Assembly: GCF_009914755.1 (NCBI RefSeq)
Contig: NC_060928.1
Origin: the human T2T-CHM13v2.0 reference genome, Homo sapiens
Direction: 5' to 3' (one strand)
DNA: 64,000 bases
Position numbers and translations under genes: made by a program. Shown here one piece after another: positions 17,643 through 34,429 of this stretch (within the stretch, counting starts at the first letter, position 1; the number at the start of each line of letters is the position of its first letter). The notes below the pieces were generated by a model. The model saw only the letters and a list, made by a program, of their open reading frames with translations. It searched no databases and was not told the DNA's origin.

Positions 17643-18574
17643 TGTATTCATTATCTATTATTGCATAACAAATTTCCCCAAAACTTAGTGGCTTAAAACA
17701 ACAATAAACATTTATTATCTCTGACAGTTTTATGAGTCAGGAGTTCTGGAGCAGCTTAAGTGGGTGCCTGGGGTCTCTCATGGGACTAGAATCAAGCTAT
17801 TGGCTGAGGCTGCAGTCATCTGAAGGTTTGATCCCCTTTCAAGATGGCTCACACACGTGACTTGGATTTGGGGGCAGGGCTCAGATTTTCTCCACATAGA
17901 CTCTCTCAGGGCTACTTGAGTGCTCTCATGACCTAGCAACTGACTTTCCCCGGAGCAAGTGATCTACTAGAGTGAGAGCCAGGCAGAAATAATCCTTTTT
18001 ATAACCTAGCATTGGCTATAACATGACATCACTTCTACCATGTTCTATTCATTAGAAGCAGTTCACTAAGTCCAGCCCACATTCATTCAAAGGGAGAGGA
18101 ATTAGGCTACAGCTTTTGAAGGAGGTGTGTGTCTTAGTCTCTTCCAGCTGCTATAATAAAATACCTGAGATTAGGTAATTTATAAAGAATAGAAATTTAT
18201 TTCTCACAGTTCTGGAGGCTGGAAATCTAAGGTCAAGGCACTAGCAGGTTGGATGTCTGATGAGGGCCCAATCTCTTCTTCTAAGATGGTGCCTTGTTGC
18301 TGGGCACTTTGGAGGGGATGAATGCTGTGTCCTCATGTTGCAGAAGAAATGGAAAGGCAAAAAGGGACCAACCCATTCCTTCAAGTTCTATAAAGGCCTT
18401 AATCCTATCCATGAAAGTGAAGCCCTCATGGCCTAATCATCTCCTAAAAGCCCCACCTCTTAATACTGTTACATTGGGAAGCAAGTTTCAACATAAAATT
18501 CGGAGAGGATACGAACATTCAAATCATAGAAGTGTGTCTAAGATTTTGTGAATCTATTTTTTTTAAAAACCACA
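17643..18574 (-). mobile_element. MLT1F/G/H-like MaLR LTR
   Basis: tgtattcattatctattattgcataacaaatttccccaaaacttagtggcttaaaacaac...aaaaccaca. Confidence 0.8.
18130..18531 (-). mobile_element. MSTD/MLT1A-like LTR nested in MLT1
   Basis: tgtcttagtc...acattcaaatcatagaa; perfect 5-bp TSD gtgtg. Confidence 0.85.
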
Positions 18575-18729
18575 CTTTCTTAACTTAAAAAATGGGTTTG
18601 GGTACTTTGTGCTCCAGATAAAATTCCCAACTTACTGAACAGCTTCACAGAATCAGATGTCCTAGGGAACTCCCATTCTTTGGCCAACAAAAGCTTGTCA
18701 ACTTACTCTGAGATGTCTCAGAGTTGTGA

Positions 18730-19107
<378 letters not shown>

Positions 19108-20019
19108 TAAAAGTCCAAACCACTGTAGCATCATCATTCAAATTATTTTCCTTGGATATCAAAAGAAAGAACAATTTTTGAAAGTTAAGTTTCAGTGTCA
19201 GAGGAAGGAAGAAGCCCTAACAAGTTCTGAGGAGCATAAACTGCAAATAATGTAATTACAACAATTTGATACTTATTAGAAATCAGGAAAAACACCTCCT
19301 ACCTAGAAAACTGAAACATTATTACAGTCAAACAAGAAACTTTTCTACATTTAGCCAAGTGAAGAACAAAAAAGTCCTCAAGACTTTTGAGAATGCTGCC
19401 TGGGAGAACAAAAGATCAGTACCCTAATTACTTTGGTAACTTTCCATCATAATCAGTGTGGCAGTTTGTTTTGCTGCTGCTTCTCCTTTCCCTTTTAAAT
19501 GATCTGCAACTTGTCTGTCTTTTAGATCTAAAAGATAGGCAACCATTTTCTTCTGTCTGTTGCTTTGATTCTTGGCTTATCAGAATTTCTCTGTATCTGA
19601 GCTGAAGTCAGGAGTCAGCTTCAGAGAACAAATCTCAGGAAGTAAACAAGTCTGCTAAAAAACAAAATAACAATTTGCAAACAGCAGCACTATTAACAAG
19701 GACCCTCAAACTGGTATCCTCTTAGGAGCAGAGTGTCTTAGTCCATTTTCTTTTGATATGACAGAATACCACAAATTGGTAATTTATATATAAATTCCCT
19801 TTATATATAAAAGGAAGAAGTTTATTTAGCATATGGTTTTGGAGGCTGCGAATTCCCAGAACATGGTGCTGGCATCTGGTGAGGGCCTTCTTGCTGTATC
19901 ATGGTATGGTGGAGAGCATCACATGGCAAGAGGGCAGGAGCACGCGAGCTCAGATCACTCTTCTCCTTACAAAGCCACCAGTCCCGCCATGGAGGCCCCA
20001 CCCTGATGACTTCATCTAA

Positions 20020-20321
<302 letters not shown>

Positions 20322-20322
20322 C

Positions 20323-20608
20323 TTTTTTTTTTTTTTTTTTTTTGAGACAGAGTTTTGCTCTTGTTGCTCAAACTGGAGTGCAATGGTATGATCTCAGCTC
20401 CCAGGTTCAGGCGATTCTCCTGCTTCAGCCTCCCGAGTAGCTGGGATTACAGGCATGTGCCACCACTCCTGGCTAATTTTGTATTTTTAGTAGAGACGAG
20501 GTTTTTCCATGTTGGTCAGGCGGGTCTCAAACTCCTGACCTCAAGTAATCTGCCCACCTTGGCCTCCCAAAGTGCTGGGATTACAGGCATGAGCCACTGC
20601 ATCCGACC
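20323..20608 (-). mobile_element. Alu (AluS) with ~20-bp internal deletion
   Basis: atctcagctc|ccaggttcag junction. Confidence 0.93.
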
Positions 20609-21377
20609 AACTTCATCTAATTCTAATTACCTCCCAAAGGCAGCCCTATCTCTAATCAACATAAGAATTTGGGAATTTAATTTCCAACACATAAAATCTG
20701 GAGGACACATTCAAACCATTGCAAAGGAGAAACATAATATCCAATGGCTATTGCTTTTTTAAAAACAAGGAGATAAATTGTCTAGTGTAATTATGGGGGA
20801 AAATTTAGTATCTTTTGGACCTGAAAAGGAAAAATAAAATGTACTTAGAGAAATGCAACCAAGATTGCCTAGTATTGGCAAAAAACCCAGAATATCTACT
20901 TTTAAATCATGGAACTTGGTGACAAAGGCACTATGGTGCTTGGTACAATCATAAAGGACAAAGTCAAGGACTGGGAAAACTGAATATTAAGAGTGTAAGA
21001 ACTTACAAGTACTGAGGGATCCCAGAGGCATCCTATCCCACTTGGCCTCTACACATTCATTTGTTCTAGAAGAATAAAGGTAGCATTGATCCAAGTCATA
21101 CTGATCTTCTGTCTCTCCAGATAAGACTGATTTATAAGTTTACACCATCTGTTGGGGTTAGTGATGTTATTCTCTCTAATACCAATTAATACCTCAAAAA
21201 GGGCTCTGTTTAGCTGAGACAAACAGTAACTTCAAGGACCTAATCATAAATTTTTTGCAATTTTCACTATGAAGAAATTCAGACTTCATCTTGATCTAAA
21301 CCAGTGTGCTTTCATTTGTCCCCAGACCCTCAGAGATCTGTCTTCTCACTTATGAGACATTCATTCACCACCTCCAA

Positions 21378-21408
21378 TACACACACACACACACATACAC
21401 ACACACAC
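21378..21408. repeat. (CA)n microsatellite at an Alu tail
   Basis: acacacacacacacacatacacacacacac. Confidence 0.95.
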
Positions 21409-21896
<488 letters not shown>

Positions 21897-22029
21897 TGAG
21901 AAACTCAGTGTGGAAAGAAAAAAAAATAAAAAATAAAAACAAGAAATGTTAGCTTTCAGAAAAGCTATTTCACAATACACTGCAATAACCACAAAAATCG
22001 AGAGTTTTGCCTTACAACCCTAGGTTTAC

Positions 22030-22150
22030 CACTGAAGTATGTATGACCTCAAGAGAGTCAATTAACTTTCTGATTCGTAGTTTCCTCATCTCTCAAATGA
22101 GAAACTTGAACCAGTTACCCTAAGGTATATTATAATTCTAAAATGACACG
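22030..22150 (+). mobile_element. MIR fragment
   Basis: tgtatgacctcaagagagtcaattaac...gtttcctcatctctcaaatgag. Confidence 0.6.
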
Positions 22151-23024
22151 ATTTTATATCAACATGCCCCAAAAGTTATTGACCATGTGATATTTGACAC
22201 TATTATTAAGGCCTGCCAAATTATATTCTATGTGTGGACATGATTCCTTCTAAAACCAGAGTAAAAACCATTCCAAAAAGATACTTGAGAAATAATCGGG
22301 CAATTGGGGGGCACCCACATAACGTTTGGTTGTTCAGTTTCATAACAGTACCACTCTTCCCCTCCTACAACCACCACTGCTGTCCGTTTCTACTTCCCTC
22401 AATGCTTTTTCACCCTAGACTCTTAATACCTCTCCAGGGCTAGAAGTCACCATTTTCTTCAGAGCAGTCCCGATAGTATCACCTGTGTACTCTGCCTATT
22501 AGATGGTGGAGGTAGCAAAATATCTTACATGATAAAAGTAAGGATCATCTGGTGGGAGAGGTAGAGATTGGTTTTGGACGTATTTAGTTAGTCCCTTTTG
22601 CTTCTCAAAATAAACATCTTTGTGCTCAGTTAAAAGCTTTCCAAGATGTTCACAAGGGAAGAGGGAATTCTTGCCAAAAACTTAAGCCCAGCCAGACAGG
22701 GATACTAAAATTTTGCTGCCTGTGGAAACACGTGGCCACGCAGGACTTTGGCATAAAAACAGTCATCTGTGCTTAAATGATGGCAGTGTAGACTTCTGGT
22801 GGTTCAGAGGCTATGTTCAGGGCACCCAGGCACAGTGTACAGGGTCTGACAACTCCATTGGCAGTTCCCATTCAATTACAGTTCACAGCACACTCTTGTC
22901 TATTTACAGAACTTACAACTCGGCAAACCTTGGTCCTTATGGTTGGAGGGGTAAAGAGAAACACTTCTCTCACTCTTTTCACAGTTTTAGTTCTGCTTCC
23001 AAATCTTAACAGTTGCAAAATGCT

Positions 23025-23230
23025 TTAGAAGATCTAGGCCCAAGAGCCCATCTGCAATTTTAGTGTTGTGACCTTGGGCAAGACACTTAACCATCTCTGA
23101 GCCGCAACTTTCTTGTCCATAAAATGGTGATAATGATCCTTGTTCTACTTTGCTTACAAGAATGTTGTACAGATCAATAAAATAACATAAATAAAAATAC
23201 ATTAAAAAGTGCTATGTAAATACAAGATTT
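23025..23230 (+). mobile_element. MIR
   Basis: tgtgaccttgggcaagacacttaaccatctctgagcc...taaaatggtgataat. Confidence 0.8.
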
Positions 23231-23882
23231 TTAAATTATCAGGTGCCTCCTCTTCTTCTCTGCTCTTTCCTTTATCTCATCTGTTTCTGTGTCCTTTAAG
23301 CATCTTCATGGTCTTTTCTTAGTCCAAAATTCCCCATGTGGTTAATGCTTAGCTTCTTAAACACGGGCTTTTTATCAACCAGGCAAATCTATACCTATAT
23401 ATGATCTACCTACCTCCCCATTCAGAGCCAATCTATTACCTTTAGTATAGTCTCATTCATTTCCAGTTGCATGAATTGAGGACTTAATGTCTCTGTGTCC
23501 TAGGCTAGGGATACAAAATTGAACGAGCAGATTCGAACACACCATTAGATCTAAGCATCTTAGACCAGTCAAATAGGTTCATCAGGTCTACATAAGTTGC
23601 AGTTGAACCTTCTCTCCCTGGAAGAGAACTCTGCTTCTATGAGTTTAGGTGTATCTGGACAGTTTGGGGCAGAAGTTGAACTTTGAAGTCCTTTAATCCC
23701 ACTGTTCTGGAGAAGGCAGGCAACTATCCAAGCCTCCTTGAAATTATTTTTCACATTCCTTTGTTGACTGGCCCCATACTTCCCCCTCTTTTTTTCCTAA
23801 TTCAATATCTTATTTAATGTTGAGCTTTTGCTAGTGTTCAAGTCCATGTTAGACAATGAGAATTGGTTCCATTAGCTTAGCT

Positions 23883-24633
<751 letters not shown>

Positions 24634-25398
24634 ACTTGGTGCATCATTCAGTAAAGCAAGGGAAACAGAGGGAAAAAATGTCTTAAATTTAACATTTGCC
24701 ATTTCTTTAAAAAGACCTCTATAGTCATCATCATGTGAAAAATCAGAATTTTGTTAGAGTTCCTTATTCTTTTTATATGATTTGGAATAGTCTTTATTTT
24801 GAATTACATATGAGGTGGTACACCATAATTGTTTTGTTACTTGGAGCTTCTAAAAGGCTCCATTCACTCCTGGGTTCCTCCAAAGATCTTTCTGTTACAA
24901 ATAACTCCCTTTTCTACCCATTATACTTTTTATATATGTTGAAAAGTGATTAGCTAGTTGTGTTCACACTAAAGTAATTGGCTAATATTCGAGGAATTTC
25001 ACTGAAAGTCTGAGAGGGGCTATGTTGGAGTTAGTTCACTGTTCACACTAAGCAAATTTGGCTTGTAATCTGGCTCTCTTAACCAGTTTAAAACCTGGAA
25101 GTTTATCAAAAATGTCACACATGGAAATGAGCACTTGTGGCACTTGTTTAAATTCATGAAATAGCAGTCATTTTAGAGAGAAGAGCTTGGTGAGTCAGAA
25201 GCCAATCTTACCAGCTCAGTCTGAGCCCTGCTGAACCTAGCCCATTTTTATAAACCTAGAAAATTGATGTCTACATAGCAATCATGATAGTTATCATGAT
25301 ATCATGATACCATGACTTGTATATTTTCTAAAACTTTTCAAGCCTCAGAGGAAACATTTGAGTTCAGTATTTGGCTTTTGTTGACTTCTAAAGACTAA

Positions 25399-25555
25399 GG
25401 CTGGGCACAGTGGCTATGCCTGTAATCCCAGCAATTTGGGAGGCTGAGGTGGGAGGATCACTTGAGCCCAGGAGTTCAAGACCAGCCTGGGTAACAAAGG
25501 AAGACCCCAGCTCTACAAAAAATGTAAAAATAAATAAATACATAAGTAAAAATAA
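25399..25555 (+). mobile_element. FLAM_C / free left Alu monomer
   Basis: Left monomer only plus A-rich tail; TSD taaagact. Confidence 0.88.
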
Positions 25556-25814
25556 AGACTTATAACCTTCTTTGTAAGTATGCATCCCATGGTAAATTGA
25601 GTCTTAATTTTTCCCTCATGGATGCCTTTTATTTTAGGTTTATTTCAGAAAATCCAAAGGTGGTTACTATTTTAAATTTGAGTATTTTGCATGCAGAAAT
25701 TGAGCACAGGCTTGTTTCCTAAGCAGGTAAGCTGGGAACATTATCATATCATTTCTTGAGTTCTGGTGTATTCAGCAGAGACCAAGATGTTTTCAAATAC
25801 ATTGTGCTAATTTT

Positions 25815-25980
25815 GACAATTGTGTGAGGTGGTATTAATCTCCCCATTTTAAAGGTGGTGAAGCCAAAGCTCAGAATTTAAATATATTATTAAAGACTTT
25901 GGAAAAAAGTGGTAGAGTCAAAATATAACCTAGGTCTACCTAATTTCAAAGTCTGATCTTATTTTTACCTTACCACATTG
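25815..25980 (-). mobile_element. MIR
   Basis: tgaggtggtattaatctccccattttaaaggtggtgaagccaaagctcaga. Confidence 0.7.
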
Positions 25981-26280
25981 TCACAGACTTTAACTCCTAG
26001 CCATTTTTGAATTGTTTTTATCTTTTAATTCTATCATTAATAAGCATTAGTGAGTGGTATCATTTTCAAAGAATGTATAAAAGATTTTTAAAGCAGAAAC
26101 AAAAGCTCAAATAATATCTTTATATACTCACATGTTAATCAAGATCCAGGATATTATTTAAGTAAACAAATAGCTATCCTAAGATGTAACTATTAATGAA
26201 ACTCTAATTAATGAATTTGCTCATTTGTCTTCTTTATTTGAAGACATTACTGCTTCTGATATATGCATATCCTACAATGT

Positions 26281-26855
26281 TATAGGGTAAAAGAGATATC
26301 TCTTCCTCATCCATCACTATGTTCCTGGTTGAGGCCCCTATAACAAAAGACATTAACAACAGAAAAACACACAAATGTATTTAATATCTTATACCTGACG
26401 GGGGGGGCTTCATTCATAAGGAAATGAAGACGTAACAAAGAAACTTGTGTATTTTTATGCTTAGGTTTGATGAAGAGTAGTCAATTGTGGAGAAATATCA
26501 CTAGAGGACAAAAAAAATGATCTAATAATAATAAACTGGGGGATCTTAGTAAGGCCTGTTTGTTCAGATTCTCTTCTCTGTGTCCCTGTGTCTTCAAAGA
26601 TAAAGATGTTCCTTCCCTCCAGCTATCAGGAGGGCACTTCTCACATGAGGTTCTTATGACCTGCTTCAGGGGAGAAACGCTCGTAGGTCAAAAAGTGACC
26701 TTCCTAGGTTTTATGACCTCCTTCAGGGAGGGGGAGGGGCTCGGGGAAGGTGAGAGTAACCTGCCTGCTTCTGCTGTTCTCAAATTCCTTCATCTTAAAT
26801 ATATTTAATATGCCAAGGCGCCATATTTTGGAATAGCATGTCTTAAAACCAATCA
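26281..26855 (-). mobile_element. ERV1 solo LTR (LTR48/49/51-like)
   Basis: Reverse complement starts tgattggttttaagacatgctattccaaaatatggcgccttggc; 4-bp TSD atgt. Confidence 0.7.
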
Positions 26856-26860
26856 ATGTA

Positions 26861-27170
26861 TTTATTTACTTATTTATTTTGAGATGGAGTCTTGCTGTGT
26901 CACCCAGGCTGGAGTGCAGTGGCGCAGGCTTGCTCACTGCAACCTCCGTCTCCTGGGTTCAAGCAATTATCCTACCTCAGCCTCCTGAGTAGCTGGGATT
27001 AGAGGCACCTGCCACAACTCCCAGCTAATTTTTGCATTTTTAGTAGAGACGGGGTTTTACCACATTGGCCGGGCTGGTCTCGAACTCCTGAGCTCAGATG
27101 GTCCACCTCCCTCCCTGCCCCCCCGCCTCCCAAAGTGCTGGGATTACAGGCATGAGCCGCTGTGCCCAGC
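26861..27170 (-). mobile_element. Alu (AluS)
   Basis: TSD aatgtattt. Confidence 0.95.
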
Positions 27171-27347
27171 AAATTAATGTATTTTTAAGTATTTCACCTT
27201 GGACTTATTACATGTGTTCTTTGTTAATCTTATTAAAAAGTTGCTTTTCTAACCTAGAAATTTATTTTGTATCCCATTACATCTTATAAAATGATCAAAT
27301 GGCCAAAACATTATTTTTCAAAAATTCACTTTATTAAGTTAATATAA

Positions 27348-27713
<366 letters not shown>

Positions 27714-28812
27714 TGCACTTTTTCTAACTAAAGGTTCAAGACACTGAAGACATGAAGTTGTATTCGACCATTTCTGTTTTTAAAATGTTATTTAACAAGT
27801 TATGTGAGTGATCGGAAGGGCTTCTTTTCTGCTGTTTATTTGCATCTTATGCTTTTCCTTTTTGCTCTGTCTTCTATCTCATTTCATTTTTACACCTTCT
27901 TACTTTTAAGGACATTTATCACACGCTGCAAATGCTGCTTGTGCATCTCTATTCTGTTTATGAGCAGGATAATGTCATTGGCATTTTAATATTTCACAGC
28001 AGCAGCAGTCATGACCAAACGTTCCCCTCATTGGTTTTCCTTTTTCCTTTCTAACTCTTCCTCTTTATTTTTTGTTCTTCTTAAGCCTGAACAGGGTACC
28101 TATATGAAATCAAAAGAAAGCTGTCATTTAAAAAGGGATGACCCTAGCCACTAGGGCCTAGCATTCAGGAAAAAAACAAATTCGTACCCTGACTGCTCCA
28201 CAAGTAGCAAGCCAGCATGGATCCTGGACTGTGAGGCCAGTGAAACAGACGCAGCAGCTGGGATGGAAGAGGAGTTTCTGATTGGCCTGACTACTTGAGA
28301 AAGGTTACAGGGAGTGGGAAAAATCTGACCTTTCTCGAAATGAGGAATGTGCCTGGAGGATTCCCCACACGAAACAAAGAATGGTTCACTCATCACCTGT
28401 GTGTTTCCATTCTATATTCAGAGCAAAGCAGTGATCTCTTGGTTATTCTGTGACAGGTTTCTTCTACTGTGGCAAAAAGCCTGAACTGATGGCCTTCCAG
28501 ATGTGTATTAAAACGATGTTTCTGAATGGGCAAAATAACATAACTGCTGTTTTAACTCAGGCATAGCATAACAGCTAAGACACCTCCACCAGGTTCTTCA
28601 TTTATACACAGGCACTTCGGTCTTTCTCTTTTATCATCTTCTTACCTTGTAAACTTTAAAAGTCTCCATGGTAAATGTGATAGGTGGCATAAAGGAAAGC
28701 AAAGGTCTTGATGAGAGTAACATAACATTTACAAATTACCCTAAATTACTGCTAATAATAGTACTTTGTATTTGTGAAATTTTAAAAAATATTTCATATC
28801 GCTATCAAAACT

Positions 28813-29100
28813 ATCCATTCATTTGTCAATGAATACTTACTGGAAACTATGTACCAGGACCTCTGGGTGATGGGGAAGAGAGCAATGTTCAAGACAAACA
28901 AGATTGCTACTCTCATGTATCTCATATTCTAGAATGGTGTGGGATGGAGGGAGACAAACAATAAACAAGTAAACAATAAATGAACAGAACATATCCAGAT
29001 AATGGCCAGATATACGAAGATAATAAAATGGTATAATAAAGAATGGCTCTGGAGGGGTGACTGTTTTAGATTGAGTGGTCACAGAGTCTCTGTAAAGAGA
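28813..29100 (-). mobile_element. L2 3' end
   Basis: atccattcatttgtcaatgaatacttactg...gagacaaacaataaacaagtaaac. Confidence 0.75.
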
Positions 29101-29319
29101 AAATAGGACAGAATTTCTTAGACCTTGTGGAGAACCTAAACCTATCTATTCCAGTGTTCTTAGCTTAGGTAAGAAAACACAGGTCCTGGGAACTTACCAG
29201 TGAGAAAACTAAGATCAGTAGAGGTTAAAGTCTTACTGTCACAAACAAGTATACAGCTATTCTACACAGTGCCTGGGCAGACGTAGAACTGTAGGCAATT
29301 GCTTGGTCATCAGACAGCT

Positions 29320-29390
29320 CCTTTGTGCATATTAGAAGACAAGTGCCCCTTTCTCAGGGAAAATGCCCTTGTGCAATGCACAACCTACAT
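29320..29390. mobile_element. MER91-like hAT-Tip100 fragment
   Basis: tgcccttgtgcaatgcacaaccta. Confidence 0.4.
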
Positions 29391-29570
29391 AGTTAATAAT
29401 GTACTATACGTTTTACAATATCTAAAAGGGAGGATTTTGTCTTCACCACAAAGAACTGATAAACATCTGACATGATAGATATGATAATTAACCTGATTTG
29501 ATTATTCCACATGAGCCCACAAGTATATGCAATTATTGTTTCTCAATTAAAAATAAAATAAATATTTAAA
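29390..29570 (+). mobile_element. L1MA 3' UTR fragment
   Basis: gttaataatgtactatac...cctgatttgattattccaca...caattaaaaataaaataaa. Confidence 0.7.
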
Positions 29571-29599
29571 AAAGAGAAAGGAAGTTTGGAAGTGGATAG

Positions 29600-30275
<676 letters not shown>

Positions 30276-30349
30276 CCATCCAGACCCAGGTCACCTGTGT
30301 CAGATCTGGGGACAGGAAGTGTCAGTTTGTGAGAAATGAAAAAGCTAGT

Positions 30350-30905
<556 letters not shown>

Positions 30906-31074
30906 TTCCTTTTTTCTATCTGTTATAAATAGTTTTCCCAGCTCTGCCTACTGCAGCTTTTTTTTTTTGACTCCTTTTTTTTTTTAAAGGTCTTAAGATG
31001 AGCCTGTTTATCTTCATCTCTCCCTATCTCCTTCTTCAACAGTCCCAAACTATGTGCACAGAAAGCAGCTTATG

Positions 31075-31382
<308 letters not shown>

Positions 31383-32718
31383 GCAAGCTGCTTATGCCTC
31401 AAAATTCCTGTCACAATGAGGCTGAGTAGGGAAGGTCATTTCTGGATGGTTCAAACATGAACTAGACAAATGCCCCTTTTGGGGTGGGACAGCCAAAGGA
31501 CTGGTAAATTACAAGGCTGCCATGAAGGCATGGTTGCAGCCTGTGATCTTACGGGTTGTGTCCTGCACAGAGCACCAGATTCAGGGATAGAGCAAGGGCT
31601 GACATCTAGGCTGAAATCCTTTTGCAACAACTTGGGGGGAAAAAAGAGCTTTTTTTCTAACAGGTCTAAAGGGTCAATTCCTATGCCTGCAGGGGCCCAT
31701 TTTTCTAAATTCCACAAAGGAAACTTCCCTGCTGGCTTCCCTACAGGCAGTGTCCCCAGTGCCCTGTCAGAACAGGTCCAAACTTCAGTCATTCTGCTTT
31801 CTTCAGTGCCCTGGCCACCTTCCCCAGTCCACGTGCCATCAACAAACACAGGATATAGATCTGCTTGTTCAGTGTGTACCTTTCTCTGCGCCTCCATTAC
31901 CTGAGTCATGAGTATGCATAGTGGTCACTTGGCTCCAACATTTTTTTTTTTCTTTGAAAAAGGAAAAGACAAAACTTTGTGGCTTAAAAGTAGAAGTGTC
32001 AAGATGGTGTTACAATTATAGCACCAAAGTCTGGAGAAATGCCTCAGACATGGAAAGCATTAAAATATAGAAAGCTAGTTTTCTAAAATAGTTTTATGGC
32101 ACTGATGTAAATGGTTTGGATTTTTCCCCTTTAAAGTTTATTTTACTTTTTTCTTCTTCTGATTGTAATCAGTCATCTAAAAGACAACTGGAAGAAGCCT
32201 TTGAGAACAGTCGTTTTTAAATGATGAGCTATCAAAATGACTTTGGGAAGAAAAAAAAAAGGAACCTACAAGTGCAATGACCCAGAAAGTAGCTACACGT
32301 ATGTAAGGAGGTATAAAGCTCCAGTGCTTAGGTTCAAGGCCATTTCTTTTTGCTTAAAGGCTTGAAAACAGAGAAGAAAAAATTCCACGACCCCAAACAA
32401 CAGTAACATAAAAAAACTGTCACCCAAAGTCTTTCTTCCCAGAGGAAAAATGTCAAGGATATTTCTAAGTTAATTGGACACACCATTAGAAGTGACGGTC
32501 TGTTTTAGATGTTGCCCCTCTGAAAGCCTTTTGGGTTGATATCACTAAACCACTCTCTTCATGAAGATATTTTATTTCCAACTAAACTGTGTAGTAAATC
32601 ATATATTATTTTTAATTTTTAAAGTTCTTAGAGCAAATTATTTTGAGCTACCAACTCTGTTGGGTCTTCTGCTCTAGATGATCCTTAATGTGAGAAGTCA
32701 CATAATCCTGAATCCTGA

Positions 32719-32897
<179 letters not shown>

Positions 32898-32901
32898 CTG
32901 A

Positions 32902-33271
<370 letters not shown>

Positions 33272-33283
33272 GGTGGTTTTGGG

Positions 33284-33574
33284 GTTTTTTTTGAGATGGG
33301 GTCTTGCTATGTAGCCCAGGCTGGAGTCAGTGGTGTGATCTTGGCTCACTGCAGCCTCAACCTCCTGGGCTCAAGCAATCCTTCCACCTCAGCCTCCTGA
33401 ATAGCTAGGACTACAGGCGTGTGCCCCAACACCCAGGTAATTTTTGTAAACTTTTGGAGAGACAAGGTCTTTTTATATTGCCCAGGCTGGTCTCAAACTT
33501 CTGGCCTGAAACGATCCTCATGTGTCAGCCTCCCTAAGTGTTGGGATTACAGGAGTGAGTCATTGTGCCCGGCT
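33284..33574 (-). mobile_element. AluJ
   Basis: J-type diagnostics. Confidence 0.92.
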
Positions 33575-34288
33575 CTTGTGTTCATAGTTTCATGAAGAAC
33601 TTGTGATTTTTTTTTTGTCAGATTCCACCATCTTCTCATTATATTAATGAATGCCACCCACAATGAAAAATTAACATTTTCGGAACTAGAGAGAGTAAAA
33701 TAAGGTAAGATACTAATATTGTTGGCCATTTTTTGACTATATATCAGCACCTGCAGCATATGCCATAGCAGTTCCCATTTCATGTAAATATAGCCTCAAA
33801 AAGTGCTCTTTTTTGTCCCACGCCTACAGTGCAAAAAGATAAAAGTCAAAAACTTTAGTTTAAAGTTCACTTTTTTAAGTTTATGTAACCAACTTGTGAC
33901 AGCTAATATTATAACCAGAGATAACTCAAGAAAGCCTAGTTATGGTATACTGGAAAAAGAATAGCAGATAACTGTGGAATGCACCATCAGTGATAAATGA
34001 CTCTTTAAGCAAAAGTGTCAGGCAGTTCAAAAAGCAAAAAGGCAAGCTGTAAACAGCAGTAGGCAGAGGGCAGTCTTAATATGCATGCTGTTGTTTGAGG
34101 GGCCTGCAGAGCATCAATCTTTTCAGTTACAATTTGCAGATACATAATACAGAAAACCTCTATGATAAAACCTTCTGGAAAGGAAAATTGACATGTGTAC
34201 AAACAGAAAGATTTCAATGACACCCCAAAATATACTAATGTGAATGGTGCAGCATTAAGTTCTGTAGGAAAAACAATTGTCCTCAGAA

Positions 34289-34410
34289 ATCATCCATTCA
34301 TTCATTCATTTAGCAAAGATTTATTGGATATCTACTAAGTACCAGGCACTGATAGGTCCTGGGACCACACAGATAAAGAAAATATGGTCCCTGCACCATA
34401 AATCTCAGGT
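34289..34410 (-). mobile_element. L2 3' end
   Basis: (CATT)n followed by tttattggatatctactaagtaccaggcactg. Confidence 0.75.
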
Positions 34411-34429
34411 TTTATTAAAACAAGTGCCA

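Noticed and set aside
24950-25065. tgttcacactaa repeated 79 bp apart
   Set aside because: Only 12 bp exact; too short to support a structure
31451-31909. Overlapping 152-aa and 144-aa antisense ORFs
   Set aside because: No recognisable domain or supporting exon structure; expected by chance in a GC-richer segment
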